A DNA stretch of 64,000 nt from Epiperipatus broadwayi. Its lineage: Eukaryota > Animalia > Onychophora. Positions within the stretch are counted from its first letter, which is position 1. Each line of letters starts with the position of its first letter. The DNA lies in contig JAQFVV010000005.1 of assembly GCA_028023455.1 (NCBI GenBank), forward strand, positions 15,624,001 to 15,688,000, written 5' to 3'. Shown in pieces: positions 25,069 to 38,567 of the stretch. Made by a program: the position numbers and the translations under genes. Below the pieces are notes generated by a model that did not search any database, was not told the DNA's origin, and saw only the letters and a program-made list of their open reading frames with translations.

Positions 25069-25112
25069 ACCAATATATGTATTTCGTGCTGTACCAACAC
25101 TTATCAGTTGGT
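25069..25112 (-). ncRNA. Hammerhead ribozyme (family A), best stems but G8A core change
   Basis: Minus strand: ACCAA CUGAUAA GUGUU GGUAC AGCAC GAA AUACAUAU A UUGGU. Canonical G10.1-C11.1 closure of stem II. Confidence 0.7.
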
Positions 25113-25441
25113 CCAGATTATCATCTCTTACACATACATATAATCAGTGCTCAGTTTATTTTATATTAAGATAGCAAATTTTCATACTTTAATGAACAGG
25201 CTTCAATCTACTTCGACCTCCAACTCTTCAGCCATCCATACCATTGAAAATCTGATGATGGAAAGCCCAAATCCCATGCTGATGCCAATATTATTGTCAA
25301 TAGTATTGTTTTCAATGGTACGGATGGCTGAAGAGTTGGGGGTTGAAGTAGATTGAAGCCTGTCCATTAAAGTATGAAGATTTGCTATCTTAATATAAAC
25401 TGAGCACTGATTATATATTTGTGTGAGAAATGATAATTTAG

Positions 25442-25485
25442 ACCAACTGGTGACTGCTGTATCAGCACAAAATACGTATATTGGT
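25442..25485 (+). ncRNA. Degenerate hammerhead (family A), core mutated
   Basis: ACCAA CUGGUGA CUGCU GUAUC AGCAC AAA AUACGUAU A UUGGU (A6G and G12A). Confidence 0.6.
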
Positions 25486-27869
25486 GATTAGTGATCTTTT
25501 CTACATGTGCATCAGTGATATAAGATAGTGTGGAAAGTCGAAAGGTGCTTGAAAGTCTGAGCTCAAATCCCCTATATTTACAATTAGACTCCAGGTATAT
25601 GAAGAAGTGTTTGTATTTCAAATATTATTAATAGAGATGAATAAACTATAGAAAAGAAAAAAACTAATTAGTAATAAGATTAGTAGTAAGATGTTATGGC
25701 TATTTTAACTAATGGAATTCATTGATTTAGCAATTTTATGATTAGCTCTTAGATTTCAGCTATTATTTTACTATAAGTTCATTTCTAAATTATTATTTTT
25801 TTTATGTCAGCCTTATTCAAATTTTTGAATTCTATAATTTATGGTTCATGGCTAAAATTATTACAATATATGCACTTTTGAGAAAATAAAAAAAATATGT
25901 TTAGTATTTTCATTCTAAGAGAATGAAGCAATGGATCTGAAAGTCCAATCCATGCTTCACAGCCTCCTATAAACTGAATCAGTATTGTAGACCTGAATTA
26001 AGTTTATAGCCCAAAATCAGCAGGGTTTTGCATTAAAGCTAAAATTAATTACGTTTTTTGTATTTGCATTTAACTATTTCATTTTAAATAAATTCCATTT
26101 CTAAGATTAGATTTATGTTAAAAAAATTGTTAAAACCTTTTAATCAAACATATATATATATGTCAAGCGTATATATATGAGTTAATGCAAAATTCTTCTG
26201 AAATAAAATGCTTATTTTATTAAAAAGAAATAAGATATTTTTCTTTTAATTTTGTCATTTAAATTTTGTTAAAATATGGCATATGATTTTATTTTAAGAT
26301 AAGCCTGCTTGCATTTTCTAAAGGAATGTATGTTTAATTAGTTGGTCCATTCAAGGCAATTAAAGATGGCCTTTTTTTAATTAAATAAAATTCAAACTTA
26401 AATGCACAATTTGATAAAAAGAAATTGAAAGTTTATTTTTAGTAAAAACTTACTTCAAAACAAAGGAGTGTGGGGGGCTTATCAAGATCTAAAATCATAC
26501 GCAAACAATAGAAGGGTAGCTGACAAAAGGTATAAGGAGAGGAGAACAAAAGACTGGGCTCTCGCTGGTTCTTTTTGCTGATCTATGCAGATCCTGTGCT
26601 GTGAGTCGCTATATTTTTATGTCTAAAAGCAGAAATTATTGTTCCTGAATTCCTTGAAATCACCATTAGAAGTGTCAACATGCGACATGCTAAAAGTGAT
26701 CATAATTTGATGAACTTGAAAATACGTGGCGGTTAGATAAACAGCTTTGCCTGCCTTCAGAGTCCTAAGCCAGCAAAAATGCCGTGACATGACAAAATAG
26801 AAGCCTGAACTGTGTGACCGTTCGATTAAAATGCTACATAATTTTCATTTCCTTGTCCAGACAAATCTCAATGTCTTCAATCAAGCCACTGCGTCGAGGG
26901 AATGGGATCCATAAACAAGGACTGGTAACTGTTTAAAAATCTCCTCATGAACTCTTTATTACTCTACCATTTTCATTAATACCTTTCTAAATTGTTCCAT
27001 TTAATTATATCTATCATGTAACTGTTTTTTTTATTAGACTAACATTAATTTTATCTTTTATCATTGATCATTTATTTACTAAAATTCTTCTCCTTCGCTA
27101 TTCCTCATATTAAAATGTATTTGAATGTTTTCTTGTTTTATTTGCTGTGTGAATTATTTTTTTTATTTGAAACTTTCCAAGTTAATAATTTTATTAAAGT
27201 TGGGAAGATATTGATTTAAACCGCACAATATTATGTCATTACTCCGCCTTATTGTCAACTTATTTATTAGATAATCAACCGGGGAATAGCGGAGGTACTA
27301 GTTTAAACATGTCATTTATTAAAAATATGTTATTTAATCTAAAAGCTTAGCTTTCTAATTTTCTTTAAATTTCTTAGTAGTTTAATCTTTTATTTTACTT
27401 ATCAAATGATCCAGGCACGCACAAACACATTTAATTATTATATGTTTTTATATGCACATTTAACTGATTTAGTCCCGTAAGTGACCCATCCATGTCTCCC
27501 TCTAATGCTAAGCCTGGGCCCGGTAGGAAAATAATCTGTGTGTGTCTCAGATAATGTTGTTGGTTCGTAGTTAGCCTCGAGAATAGGCGAATAGGGCAGA
27601 GGTCATAGTATTCTTGATTTAATATCTCACATATGGGTGGCCTCGAGGTACTTTCGCCTAGTATTCGAACTGGGTTAAACCAACATACATCATCTGACTG
27701 TCACAAGATGTAGCAATTTTTATGTTTAACTCTTAGATTTCAGCCTTTTTTTTTTCATGACCTTGCTTTAATTTTTTATTTTTTTTATCAACATTAATAA
27801 GCTTTTAAATTCTGGCATTTGGTGTTGATGGCATCTATTTTCTTTCTATACGTAAATGCTTGCAAACAG

Positions 27870-28850
27870 AAAGGGCACATATAATGAAGTTATGGAAGAA
27901 TAAATATGAAAAAAATGATTATGTAGAAAGAGGATTGATTATATAGAAAGTGGATTATTGGTTTTTATGCTAGGTTTGGGAAAAGATGAAGGGGGATTTA
28001 GATATAAAGGCCATAGAGTTGACAAAGATTATGTTGTAGAAATGGGATGGAGCAGAATATGGGAAAACTTAGACTGGGGAATGGAAAATAAAGTGGCCAA
28101 AGGTTTCTCTGGTCATAATTGTTGAGAGATTCTTGACCCCGTTTAAGGAGAAGGTACAGTACATCACATCACATATATAGGGATTTAGATAAAGACTTTC
28201 TATGTCAATATACTTATATAAAAGGTGGGATGATTGTGTTAGAAGAATTGTTGAATGTTATAGTGGCAAAGAATGGGATAGAAGAATAGATGCATTAATA
28301 AAAAAAAAAAAAAGGGAGTTGAAGAGATGGAGAACTAGTATGGAGAGTAAAAACAGTTTTAATATATGTAGAAGTAAACAGAATATTTGGTGTGAGTTAA
28401 TTTACAATAATAGCAAGGAAAGTAGTTTTCTATTTAAAGCTTGAACAGGATCATTAGCAGCAAAGGAATATTCACGTAAATGGAGGAATTGGTGTCATTT
28501 AATCTGCAAGTTATGTAAGGAAGGCATGCAAAATATTAGTCATCTGTTAATTGAATGTAAATGCTTATAATCAGAAAGAGTATAAATATTAAAGTTGTGA
28601 GAGTATAAATATAAAGAAAGTGATTATACAGAATGTGGTTTCTAGGTTTTTATGCTGGGTTCAGAAAAAGATGAGCGATCTAGTGGACAAAGATGATGGT
28701 GTGGAAATGGGATGGAGCAGGATAGAAAATATGTGGGAAAGTTAGGGTGGGGAATGGAAAGGTAAGGTAAGATGGCTAACAGGTTTCTCTAAGCTTAGTG
28801 ACTGAGAGATTCCTGATTCCGATGAAGAAGCCATAACACATCACATATAT
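27870..28850 (+). mobile_element. Two tandem 3' fragments of a non-LTR retrotransposon (clade unassigned)
   Basis: WRTSMESKNSF..IYNNSKESSFLFKA..ICKLCKEGMQNISHLLIEC is a C-terminal CCHC-type motif. 27940-28180 resembles 28630-28850, and both end in acatcacat. Confidence 0.7.
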
Positions 28851-31800
28851 TAAATAAACTAATTGATAAGTTCTTTTTATTTTCATTTTTTAAAAAAAAT
28901 GAATATAATATGTTTGAAATCATGAAAATAATGTAATTTTTTTTAGAAAACCTAACATATTTTGCAAGCACACAATGGTTGTTTTACATGGATATTATAA
29001 AAACATGAAAATAATATAATTTATTTAGAAAACAACCTTCAAGCATAAATTAAATTAGATGTGAGAATAAACACAATTCTATAATAAAGTGAAAGTAATT
29101 GAAAGTCATTTAAACAAATTATAAATAGACTTGTCTGTCATTATTTGATAAGATCAGACACAATTCCATTATAATTTAAATTAGAAAAAAACCAAGAAGC
29201 ACATAAAAAGTTTTAGAACCACAAATTGGGGGTAATTAATTTCATTTATGGCAAAAACAATACCAATACTAAAAACATTAGATAGGCATTAACTGTCAAT
29301 ATTCAATGAGAGAAGACATTTTCAAACTCCAATCTGCATCACTGGATAACATTAGAATTCATGATATTGCTTGACCACATGTAAATTGCTATAGTTTCTG
29401 CATTTTTAAATCTGCAAGTAATAGTTTCAAACATTCATGTTATTTCTGGAAAAATATTGTTGAAAGATTTTTTTTATTGCCAAATGATAAGCAGTGAAGA
29501 GAGAGATTTGATCTCAATTATATAATGATGATGGACCACTTTATGCAAACTTAAATATTATAAATTTCCATCATTCATCTATCAATTATTAGCATTGTTA
29601 TATCATTCTAGTGGTAAGAGCCCATACACAGTTTATAGAATGTTATTGGTTTGAGGTGTATTTTTAAACATAAAATATTTTTTTAAAATATATTATAATA
29701 TTTTTATTGTTGGCAAGAAAAGGGTAAGCAAACTAAAGTGATAATTAAGCCTTACATCACAAAGATGTCTGACAATTTGTTTTATAAATCTTAAATTTAA
29801 TAGTGTTTTTTGTATTGTTTATTCACTTTATAAACCTTCATTGTATTAGATCTCTCTATTCATAAAATAAATAGAAATATTATAAAAAATAAAATTATTA
29901 ATATATTAATAATTTGTTCTAACAAAAAATATTGAAACAGAAAATTATTATAATAAGAAATAAGGCCTTTAATAATGATTAGACCTTAAGATTGATAAAT
30001 ACATCAATTAAAAATAAACAGAAAAAAATAAAGAAAAAATTATATAGCAAAAATAGAAATAATACTTTAATTAAATCAGTGATAGTTTCAAAACTCCAAT
30101 TTAAAAAAAAATATTTGAAAAGATTAGTAAAAAAATATAATTTAAATAAATTAGAAAATTATGTTAAAATAAGTGATTTAAATAATATAAATGGGATAAG
30201 AAAATACAACATATATAGATACAAATACATTAAAAGATAATAATTCTAATGTAATTTTTTTTTTTATAAATTATATACATTATAATTCAGAATATTAAAG
30301 TAATTGAAAATGTAAAATCATATAAAGAAAAAATAATAAAAGAATATTCATATATTGAAAGAGAAAAGTGTAAATTAAATAAAACAACTGATAAATCTAT
30401 ATTCTATATAAATCTGAAAGCTTGTGTCTAATTTTATAATAATATTGCACTAATCTTGATTAATCTGGCATGATTTTTTTTGTATAGAATTTTACTAGCC
30501 TATAAATTTTTGCTTTATGGTACTAAATTGGTTTTAAAAGTTTGTTATTTGCCGTATAAAAATGCTTAGAAAATCTATATCATGATTATTTTCGAATGAT
30601 GTCATAAAAATGCAAAAATAGGACAGCTCATTATAGAGTTGGACATTTTTTTAAATGAAAAGTATAGTTTTTGGTAGAGCAATGTAAAATTTGATTTTGT
30701 AAATATATTTAAAATTAATTAAATTGTGTTTGTATCATATATTTAATTTGATAAACTTGTAGGATTTTAGTTCAAATACATATTACACATGTTAAAGTAA
30801 AATTTAAAATGTTGTGGATATAGAAAGAGAAGTATTATAGAATTTGATAAACTTTTAGGATAAGGGTTTAACTATATTTAACATGTGAAAAAATAAATTT
30901 GAAAATATTGTGGGTACAGTAAGAAAATTTTTTAAAGAGATAACTTTTATACAGTAATGAAAAAATATTTTTTCTCTTTTATATATATATATACGCTATG
31001 GATTTTTGTTTTATAATATCTAATTCAAAGCAATAAATCAAAAATAAATATGAGCAATAACCTCACATTATTTATATTTGAAAAAATATTGATTTACAAT
31101 AATTTAAAAAAAGCTGCCTTTTTTTTTCAGTGCGTAATAAATTATTCTAAACAAATATTAAAAATCATCCAATGCAGTAAATTATTTACTTTAAAAATAA
31201 ATGCAGTGGCTGTAATGAATTACTTTAAACAATATTAAAAGTTATCCAATACAATATTTTAGACAATCTTTAAAATATATTTTTATTAACTTTTATATAT
31301 TCATTATTGATTCAAAGATGGCATTTGGAGACAATATCAATCATTTTTTACTTTAACACACATATTGCAATCATTGCTATTATCAATAATATTTATTAAT
31401 GAAGTTTATTAATCAAACCATACACAAGCATGTAAATAAATAACTAGTTAGACACTTATGTTAATGATAAAGTAATTGTTTAAATTTTGAAGTCAAAAAA
31501 GGAAATTATCTTTTTTGCTTTGTCTTAAAACAGTAGCAACTAATGTTTTTATTGATAGTTAACTTAAAAAAGTGATTACTATCTGAATTCATCTTATAGT
31601 CATAATTTGTCTGATTTTAGATTCCATCTATTGAGAAATGTAAAATTAAATATAGAAGTTTGTAGTAAAATTTTGTGACCAGTATTTTATTTTCAATGAA
31701 AACAAATGTTCGCAGGGGAACTACAAGCATAACACAAAAAAATCAAAAAACAAAGCAGTAGTAGTCACCATGAAATCCAGTGAAAAGTCAGAAGGTTAAT

Positions 31801-31920
31801 GCCACAGTAGCTATTGAAGTTTATAATTTTTTTTTATTTCATTAATCATTAAAACTCAAATTTCAAAAGTTTTCTTTTAATAAATACAATTTTTTTATTC
31901 ATAAATGCTACATTCTAGAC

Positions 31921-33148
31921 CAGGGGTCAGCAAACTTTTTAACACGAAGAGCCATTTTATTTAAATCTCTCTCCCTTCTCCATATTAAAGAGCCATAAGG
32001 AGAGAAGTATCTCCCCTCTCCCATTAAAAAGCCACAAGAAAGTATTGAAAAATATGTCCCTGAAAAATATGAATTTCTGAATGGCTGTGGATATATTTGA
32101 ATATTTATTTTAGTAATAGAACATAATAGTATCCTTATACATCCTAAAAAAGTAAAAATTCTTTTACAAATAAATATATAAAAACAAAAATTACTTTGAT
32201 AGTTTGATTTTTTTACAAATTTCTAATATTAATTATTCATCTTATTCTATAATAAAGCTGACTCATCAATATATTCACTTACAAATTACAAGAGGAAATA
32301 AAAAAAATGTGCTTATGTTTATCATGATAAATAAAATAATATTAAAATTTTTTTTTTTTTAAAATAATGCATTTATGTAAACAGCCAACTAAATAGTATA
32401 AAACAACAAAGTAATCCGACTAACAACATAATTGACCTTAAACATGTGTCATTTCATAAAAGCATTTGAGGCCTTTTTGGTTTTATGGTCTCACATATTT
32501 TTATGAAACAACACATTTTTTAGTCAGATTTTTTTATTTTTTACTTTTTAGTCAGCTGCTTACATAAAAGCATTACTTAAAAAATGTGTTTTTAATATTA
32601 TTTTTTACTTTTTAGTTATAAATAAAACATAATTTCAATTTAAATAAAATATTTTTTTCATTAGTCTCTTTTTTATTGTTCTTGTTTACTCCTTCTGATT
32701 TAGACAGTTTTATTTTTTTTTTTTTATTTTGGAAATGAAAACATAATTCTTTAATCTTTTTTTTACACATTTATTATTTTTTTCACAAAATATTTATGAA
32801 ATATTAATTATTTTAAAAGAATAATTCAGATTTTAGTTGAAAATATTGAGTTTTAATTAATTAAATATAAGTTAAATTAATATTAATAAAATTTTACTTT
32901 ACAAATGTAATATTTCTCTTGACTCAGTTGTTAAGAATTTTTTTGGGGAAGTATAAGGTTGTGAGTTCGAATTCTAAATGGTAACTAATTTTTTTACATG
33001 ATTAAAAATTCAAAAATGTGGACATCCCGAAAGAAATACAGAACAAAAATGTGGATATACTGACAGAAACATAGATAGAGCAAGTTAATATAAAAGCATT
33101 TAAAATAGCAATGAGATTAGAATCAAAAAATCAGTTTTCTGACCCTTA
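31921..33148. mobile_element. Non-autonomous hAT (Charlie-like) DNA transposon
   Basis: TIR CAGGGGTCAGCAAACT / AGTTTTCTGACCCTTA. Identical 8-bp TSD TTCTAGAC at 31913-31920 and 33149-33156. Confidence 0.88.
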
Positions 33149-33954
33149 TTCTAGACAAAACATTTAATAATCCTCCTATTAATTCTCATTATAATGACTT
33201 ACAAAGTAATCTTTAGATTTTGAATTATGGACTAATTGAAATATTTGAATGAGATAAAATAATAATTATTAACATTAAAGTTTAGTGTGGACTTCATTCT
33301 AATGTAATGATTATTCAGAATTTAAAACAATCTGCTGAAATTTGGAAAGTGAAAACTCTATAGTATTTAATATTCATAATTTAATAACAGTAATTTACTT
33401 GTCATCACATTGTTTATAAACTATCCTTGTAAACATGAATGGGCTTTAGTTATTAGGACCAAATTGATTCCTGAAATCATTTCTAACTCTTCCAATATCA
33501 AATATAGTTTATAGTTGCAGCCATTTATTAATCATTTTTTTAATTTTATACTCCTCAAAGCAGTGGCTTGAATTTTTAAGCATCCCCAATTATGAATCAT
33601 ACTAATCTTGCCTGCCTATATGAACCTGATATTAAGTTAATAACTATACATTTTGCTGACCTCATTTATAATATGCTAATTGTAGGCACTTATGATCTTT
33701 CTGGGTTACTTTATTTTGATAATACCAAATAATATATATATTTTTTAACAATTACAAATTGAAATCTTTAGTTATTTTGAATATATGTTATTGGTTCATA
33801 TATATATAATATTTAAATACATGTATATTGTCTATACTAACTTAATGTAATTAGAAGGGACTTGAACTCAGATTTTCAAGCTCCCTACAGTTATCCACTC
33901 CATCTTATACAACTGATACACATGACCACATACATGTGAAAAACATAAATGATC

Positions 33955-33998
33955 TCTAATATACATATTTCATGCTGAACCAACACTCATCAGTTGGT
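33955..33998 (-). ncRNA. Hammerhead ribozyme (family A), core intact, stem I mismatches
   Basis: Minus strand: ACCAA CUGAUGA GUGUU GGUUC AGCAU GAA AUAUGUAU A UUAGA. Confidence 0.72.
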
Positions 33999-34507
33999 CT
34001 AGATCGCCATCTCCCACACATATATACAATCAGTGCTCAGTTAATATTAAGATAGCAAATCCTTAAACTTTAATTGGACAAACTTCAATCTTCTCTACCC
34101 TCCAACTCTTCAGCTATTCATATTGAAAATCTGAGGATGAAATGCTCAAAGTCCTTGTTGATGCCAATATTTTTGTCATACCCATGTTGACTTTGTATTC
34201 TGATCCCTCACATATAGGACCTTAATACATCCCACCAAATATTCAGAAGAAGGTTGAGCAGAATACAGGCTGAATCTGTAATATTTATATACATGTATAT
34301 TGTCTATACTAATTTAATTGATCTCCAATATACATATTTTGTTCTGAACCAGCATTGAGTATTTCATCCTCGAGTTTTCAATGATATGGAAAGCTGAAGA
34401 GTTAAAGGGGGAAGAAGATTGGAGTTTGTCCATTAAAGTTTGAGAATTTGCTATCTTAATATAAACTGAGCACTGATTGTACATATATGTGTTAGATGGT
34501 GATCTGG

Positions 34508-34551
34508 ACCAACTGTTGAATGTTGGTTCAGCACAAAATATGTTTATTGGA
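34508..34551 (+). ncRNA. Degenerate hammerhead (family A), core mutated
   Basis: ACCAA CUGUUGA AUGUU GGUUC AGCAC AAA AUAUGUUU A UUGGA. A truncated eighth family A copy lies at 34324-34354 (-). Confidence 0.55.
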
Positions 34552-36094
34552 GATCATTTATCCTTTTTATATGTATGTAGTCATGTGTATCAGTTGTATA
34601 AGATGGTGTGTACAGCTTTAGGGTGCTTGAAAATCTGAGTTCAAGTCCCTTCTAATATATATATATATATATATTGAAAATGACTCACAAGAGGTAGATG
34701 AGATTTAAGAATTAAAAAAGAAAAGGAAATGAAGATTCTGAGTAAATAGTTATTTTCGGACTGAATATTATATAAATGAAAAAGAAAATCAAATGCATTA
34801 AAATGAACTATAATGAAGTGTTCACTTTTATTACAGGAAGTATTTGTGCAGAAAGTTGGAAATGACAATTGTAATAGTATCTCTGGAAGAGCCAAAGAGA
34901 ACAATAGATTCTATTATGTGGCCATCATTAGTTGAATCATCTAATTTTGGATAGATCTATTAGATAATAATAATAATAATAATAATAATTATGGATTTAT
35001 TTTTCAGGAGTTCACAAATTCAAGTGCCAGAAGTGATAGAATTGGGCACAGTCTATAGATTTTTAAGTTCCAGAATCTGCCATTGTATCATTAACATTAA
35101 ACTACATAGGGCAGTCTAATAGATGATAACTGAATTGAGGTATTTTTCATCTCTGATGTGAGAACATTATTTTTAAAAAAATTAAATTTGGGCTTTATAT
35201 ATAATAGGAGGTTATAGAATAGAAAAATAATATATTAAATACTTTTATTATTTGAAAATGTATAGACTTAGAAATTAATGGATATTTCTTAATAATTATT
35301 AAATATTATCAGTAATTGGCTTAGGTCTCAGAACATTAACCATTCAAGAGATAGAAAACTTGTGAGGATTATGGCAGTGGATAACAAACTATTGCTAACA
35401 GAATGACATAATCAGTGAATGATAGTGTAAGGCTATTAGTAGGATCTTTTAAATAAAATACATTTTGGAGCAAAATTAGTTAAATAAAAGAACAACAAGG
35501 CAGGGGCTCCATTAATAATATCATATGATTCAGTGTGGGAGGTTATATGACACCGAAAATATTACAATTGAGTTGTAATCCTGGTCTTTTACTTCTAAAA
35601 TCTGTCATGTTATCGCACTATTTTAAATGAGATTGGATAATAAATTTTTCATTGGAGATGAATAATATCTTCAAACAACGGGTAAGACAGAATTGAGCTT
35701 AACATATTGCAAATGGCTCATGTCTGCAAAGTTCTAATGGAATTTTTTTAATCTCAGAACAGTAATTGGTAATTAGCTCAAGATAGTAACATATTTTAAC
35801 AAAATTATGCATTGATTCATGGTAGGTTTAGGAAAAGTATAGTAGTAATAAAATTGAGATTAAGTTTTTAAAAATAAAAATAACTGGGCTATGATAAATT
35901 AAGGACAACTATTAGGAAGACATTCAAGTTTGTCAGATAATAAAAATATGTACAGAGACTAGAAGACTTAATAATTTAAATAAATTTGGGAATTATTTAA
36001 CAAAATTTAAAGAAAACTGTAGTCCTGAAACTATGTTATTAAAGAGTATAATGAAATTTATTTGGAAGACTTATTTTAGATATATTTATTATTT

Positions 36095-36367
36095 ATATAT
36101 CTAAATGCGCTAAAATGTAGGAAATGATGAAGCTAAGTACAAATTGTAATATTAATTGGCTGAGCACTTTTGAGAAGTTCTTTCTATCTTTGCATAATCA
36201 TAGCAAGTGGATTGTGTGAGCACGATACAAAGTGGATTAGAAAGTCCACTTTTTAGAGAGAGAAAGAAGTATGTTTCCTTCCAATTTATAGCATAGATGT
36301 TGTTAGCTAATATTATAATTTGTACTTAGCTTCACCATTGCCTGTGTTTTAGCACATTTGGACATAT
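36095..36367. mobile_element. MITE-like element with ~55-bp terminal inverted repeats
   Basis: 36103-36154 pairs with 36308-36359 (about 45/52 matches by hand). Confidence 0.78.
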
Positions 36368-36918
36368 TACTTGTTTAATTGGGAATCTATGTTTTTTTTA
36401 TTTTTACATTTATTATGTTTTTTTATTTTCTTTCCACCAGCATTTTGCCAATCATCTTATTATTAACTTAAGGCAAAAAGCCTCCAGTTAGTAGTGGGAT
36501 AATTAACAAGATGCTATAAAGAAGCAAAATGTAAAAATATAAATATTGAAAAGATGTATATTGTAATGAGAAAATGTATCAATTACTTTTATGGATCTTT
36601 CTACTGAAAGAATCAAATTTTAAGGAATTTCATGAAAACTTCAGATGCCATGTATGCATTAATATCCAATAAAGGATTAATGATTGGCATGTTCATTAAT
36701 CCTTTAATTAATAGCATCATAAATGAAAAATTGATGCAACCAATATGTGTATAAATAATTTGGCAATCCTTTTCAACCATATGCATGTATGTATCTCGGT
36801 GGCATTCTCTTTACAGATATGCTTGTAATATTTATAACTAGTATTTTCAACCACAAATTTTTTTTTTTACTAAAATAATTAAGTAATAAATTGTTTTTCT
36901 CTTCACTAGTAAAAATTG

Positions 36919-37332
36919 TAATTATAAATATGCGACTTTTTTCGCATGCGTTAGTAAAGCTATAATTATACTTAAAATAATGTGTAATAGGTCTGCTTAG
37001 TGCTTTCGAGATTTAATGTTCGAATCTCACACTCATAGCTTTGTGAATGAATACTGTTGTGATTTATTGTACACATATGCAAATGAGTTTGAATATTTAA
37101 TTAATAGAAGAGAGGCATGCTTTGCTCTTTCTAAACAATGGACTAACTAATTAAATATTCAAACTCATTTGCATATGTTTACAATAAATCACAACAGTAA
37201 TCATTCACAAAGCTATGAGTATGAGATTCGAACATTAAATCTCGAAAATGCTAAGCAGACCCATTACACATTATTTTAAGTATAATTATAGCTTCACTAA
37301 GGCATGCGAAAAAAGTCGCATATTTATAATTA
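36919..37332. repeat. Young fold-back palindrome, 185-bp arms, 44-nt spacer
   Basis: 36919-37103 vs 37148-37332 shows about 9 mismatches by hand (~95%). TA at both outer ends, and CpGs are retained. Confidence 0.95.
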
Positions 37333-38567
37333 AAATAATTAAGCTTTCAATTAGATCATTTTTTTGTTTGAAAGTGTTGCATTTACATTCACATCTTAAT
37401 CTTGCAATTGCTAAGAATTTTAATTTTTATAAAATATGACTAAGTTTATTTTCATAGTTAAATATATAATGCACAAATAATAATCTTTTTTTTTCACATT
37501 TGATATCTCATAATTACTGCTATTATCATCTTTTGTCAACATTCAGCTTATTATAAGAATTTTATTGCATAGTAGAGCTTGAGATTAGGATAAAAGACAT
37601 AAGATGACATAAAAGACTACTAAAATATGAAATGAATAAATAAAATTAATTTATTTATAACAAAATAAAAATAAAAAATCACTTCACTTAGAGGATGTAA
37701 ATAATTTAAGAATGATTTTACCTCATCTTTTTACTTTTCTATGCATCATCTTCTGAGTATCTTGCTTATTAGAACTTAATTTACAATCATAAAATTTATT
37801 GAGTGGTTGTTAATTATTAAAGAAAATGAAATTAAATACTAAGATATCTAAAGAAATTTTCCATTGGTTATGTTTGCACTATTATGAACACACAAGTGTT
37901 GACTAAACAAAGATAAAATATATACATGAGTAACATTTCTTATATTTTCACTATCAAGAAGCATATGTGTATACACATCTCTTGCTTATTTTGTGTAACA
38001 GTCTAAATTTTGTTTATACTAGTAACAGATCATTTACAATGTTGGTTTTAATAGAGGTTGATTACTATATTGTGCAATTATGCTAGTGGTCAATTCTTGG
38101 CTGTACAGATTTGTGAAAGAATTTCATTAATTTACCACATATATTAACTTATACTAAAATAATTTGAAATATTGTAATAAATGTCAATGGTTTTTGAGGA
38201 ATATCTATCTAAAAGGCACTATGGCTCTATGAACATAATTTATGAGGGGTTACTATTATTAAGTAGCAATCTTTTATCTATATCTTTTTTAAATGCCTTT
38301 ATCAAAGAACCTATTTTAGTGAGAAGTATTGTTCAAGTATCTTCATCATGGCTCTTATCTTTTTAAGTCTTAAATAGATTAACAACATATTTATTTTTAT
38401 AAAAACCCTCTGACCTCATACTAAATAACATGTACTGTCAAATGCAATAAACAAAATACAAATACAATACTAAATTTAATTTGCATTATTTTAAATGTCA
38501 TCTTTTTTGAAAGGACTGCTCATTTATTTAAATCTCTAATGTACTATTTTATAAATACATTTATGTT

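Larger units (their letters stand above)
24996..25627. mobile_element. Family A insertion A2 (inverted pair)
   Basis: ~25007-25250 pairs with ~25309-25535, homologous to the A1 unit. 12-bp direct repeat TTAATATAGATG / TTAATAGAGATG at 24984-24995 and 25628-25639. Confidence 0.8.
33808..34656. mobile_element. Family A insertion A3 (unit + partial tandem + inverted copy) in a TA-run
   Basis: tacatgtatattgtctatactaa at 33818 and 34290 (472-bp period). 34355-34656 is the reverse complement of 33850-34149, and both flanks are (TA)n. Confidence 0.82.

Noticed and set aside
29992-30240. Lys/Asn-rich 82-aa ORF resembling an organellar ribosomal protein
   Set aside because: Explained by A-rich low-complexity composition; no recognisable motif.
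32921-32974. Functional tRNA gene (also 16982, 48411, 58831)
   Set aside because: Only partial A/B-box-like motifs and no cloverleaf; treated as SINE-like relics.
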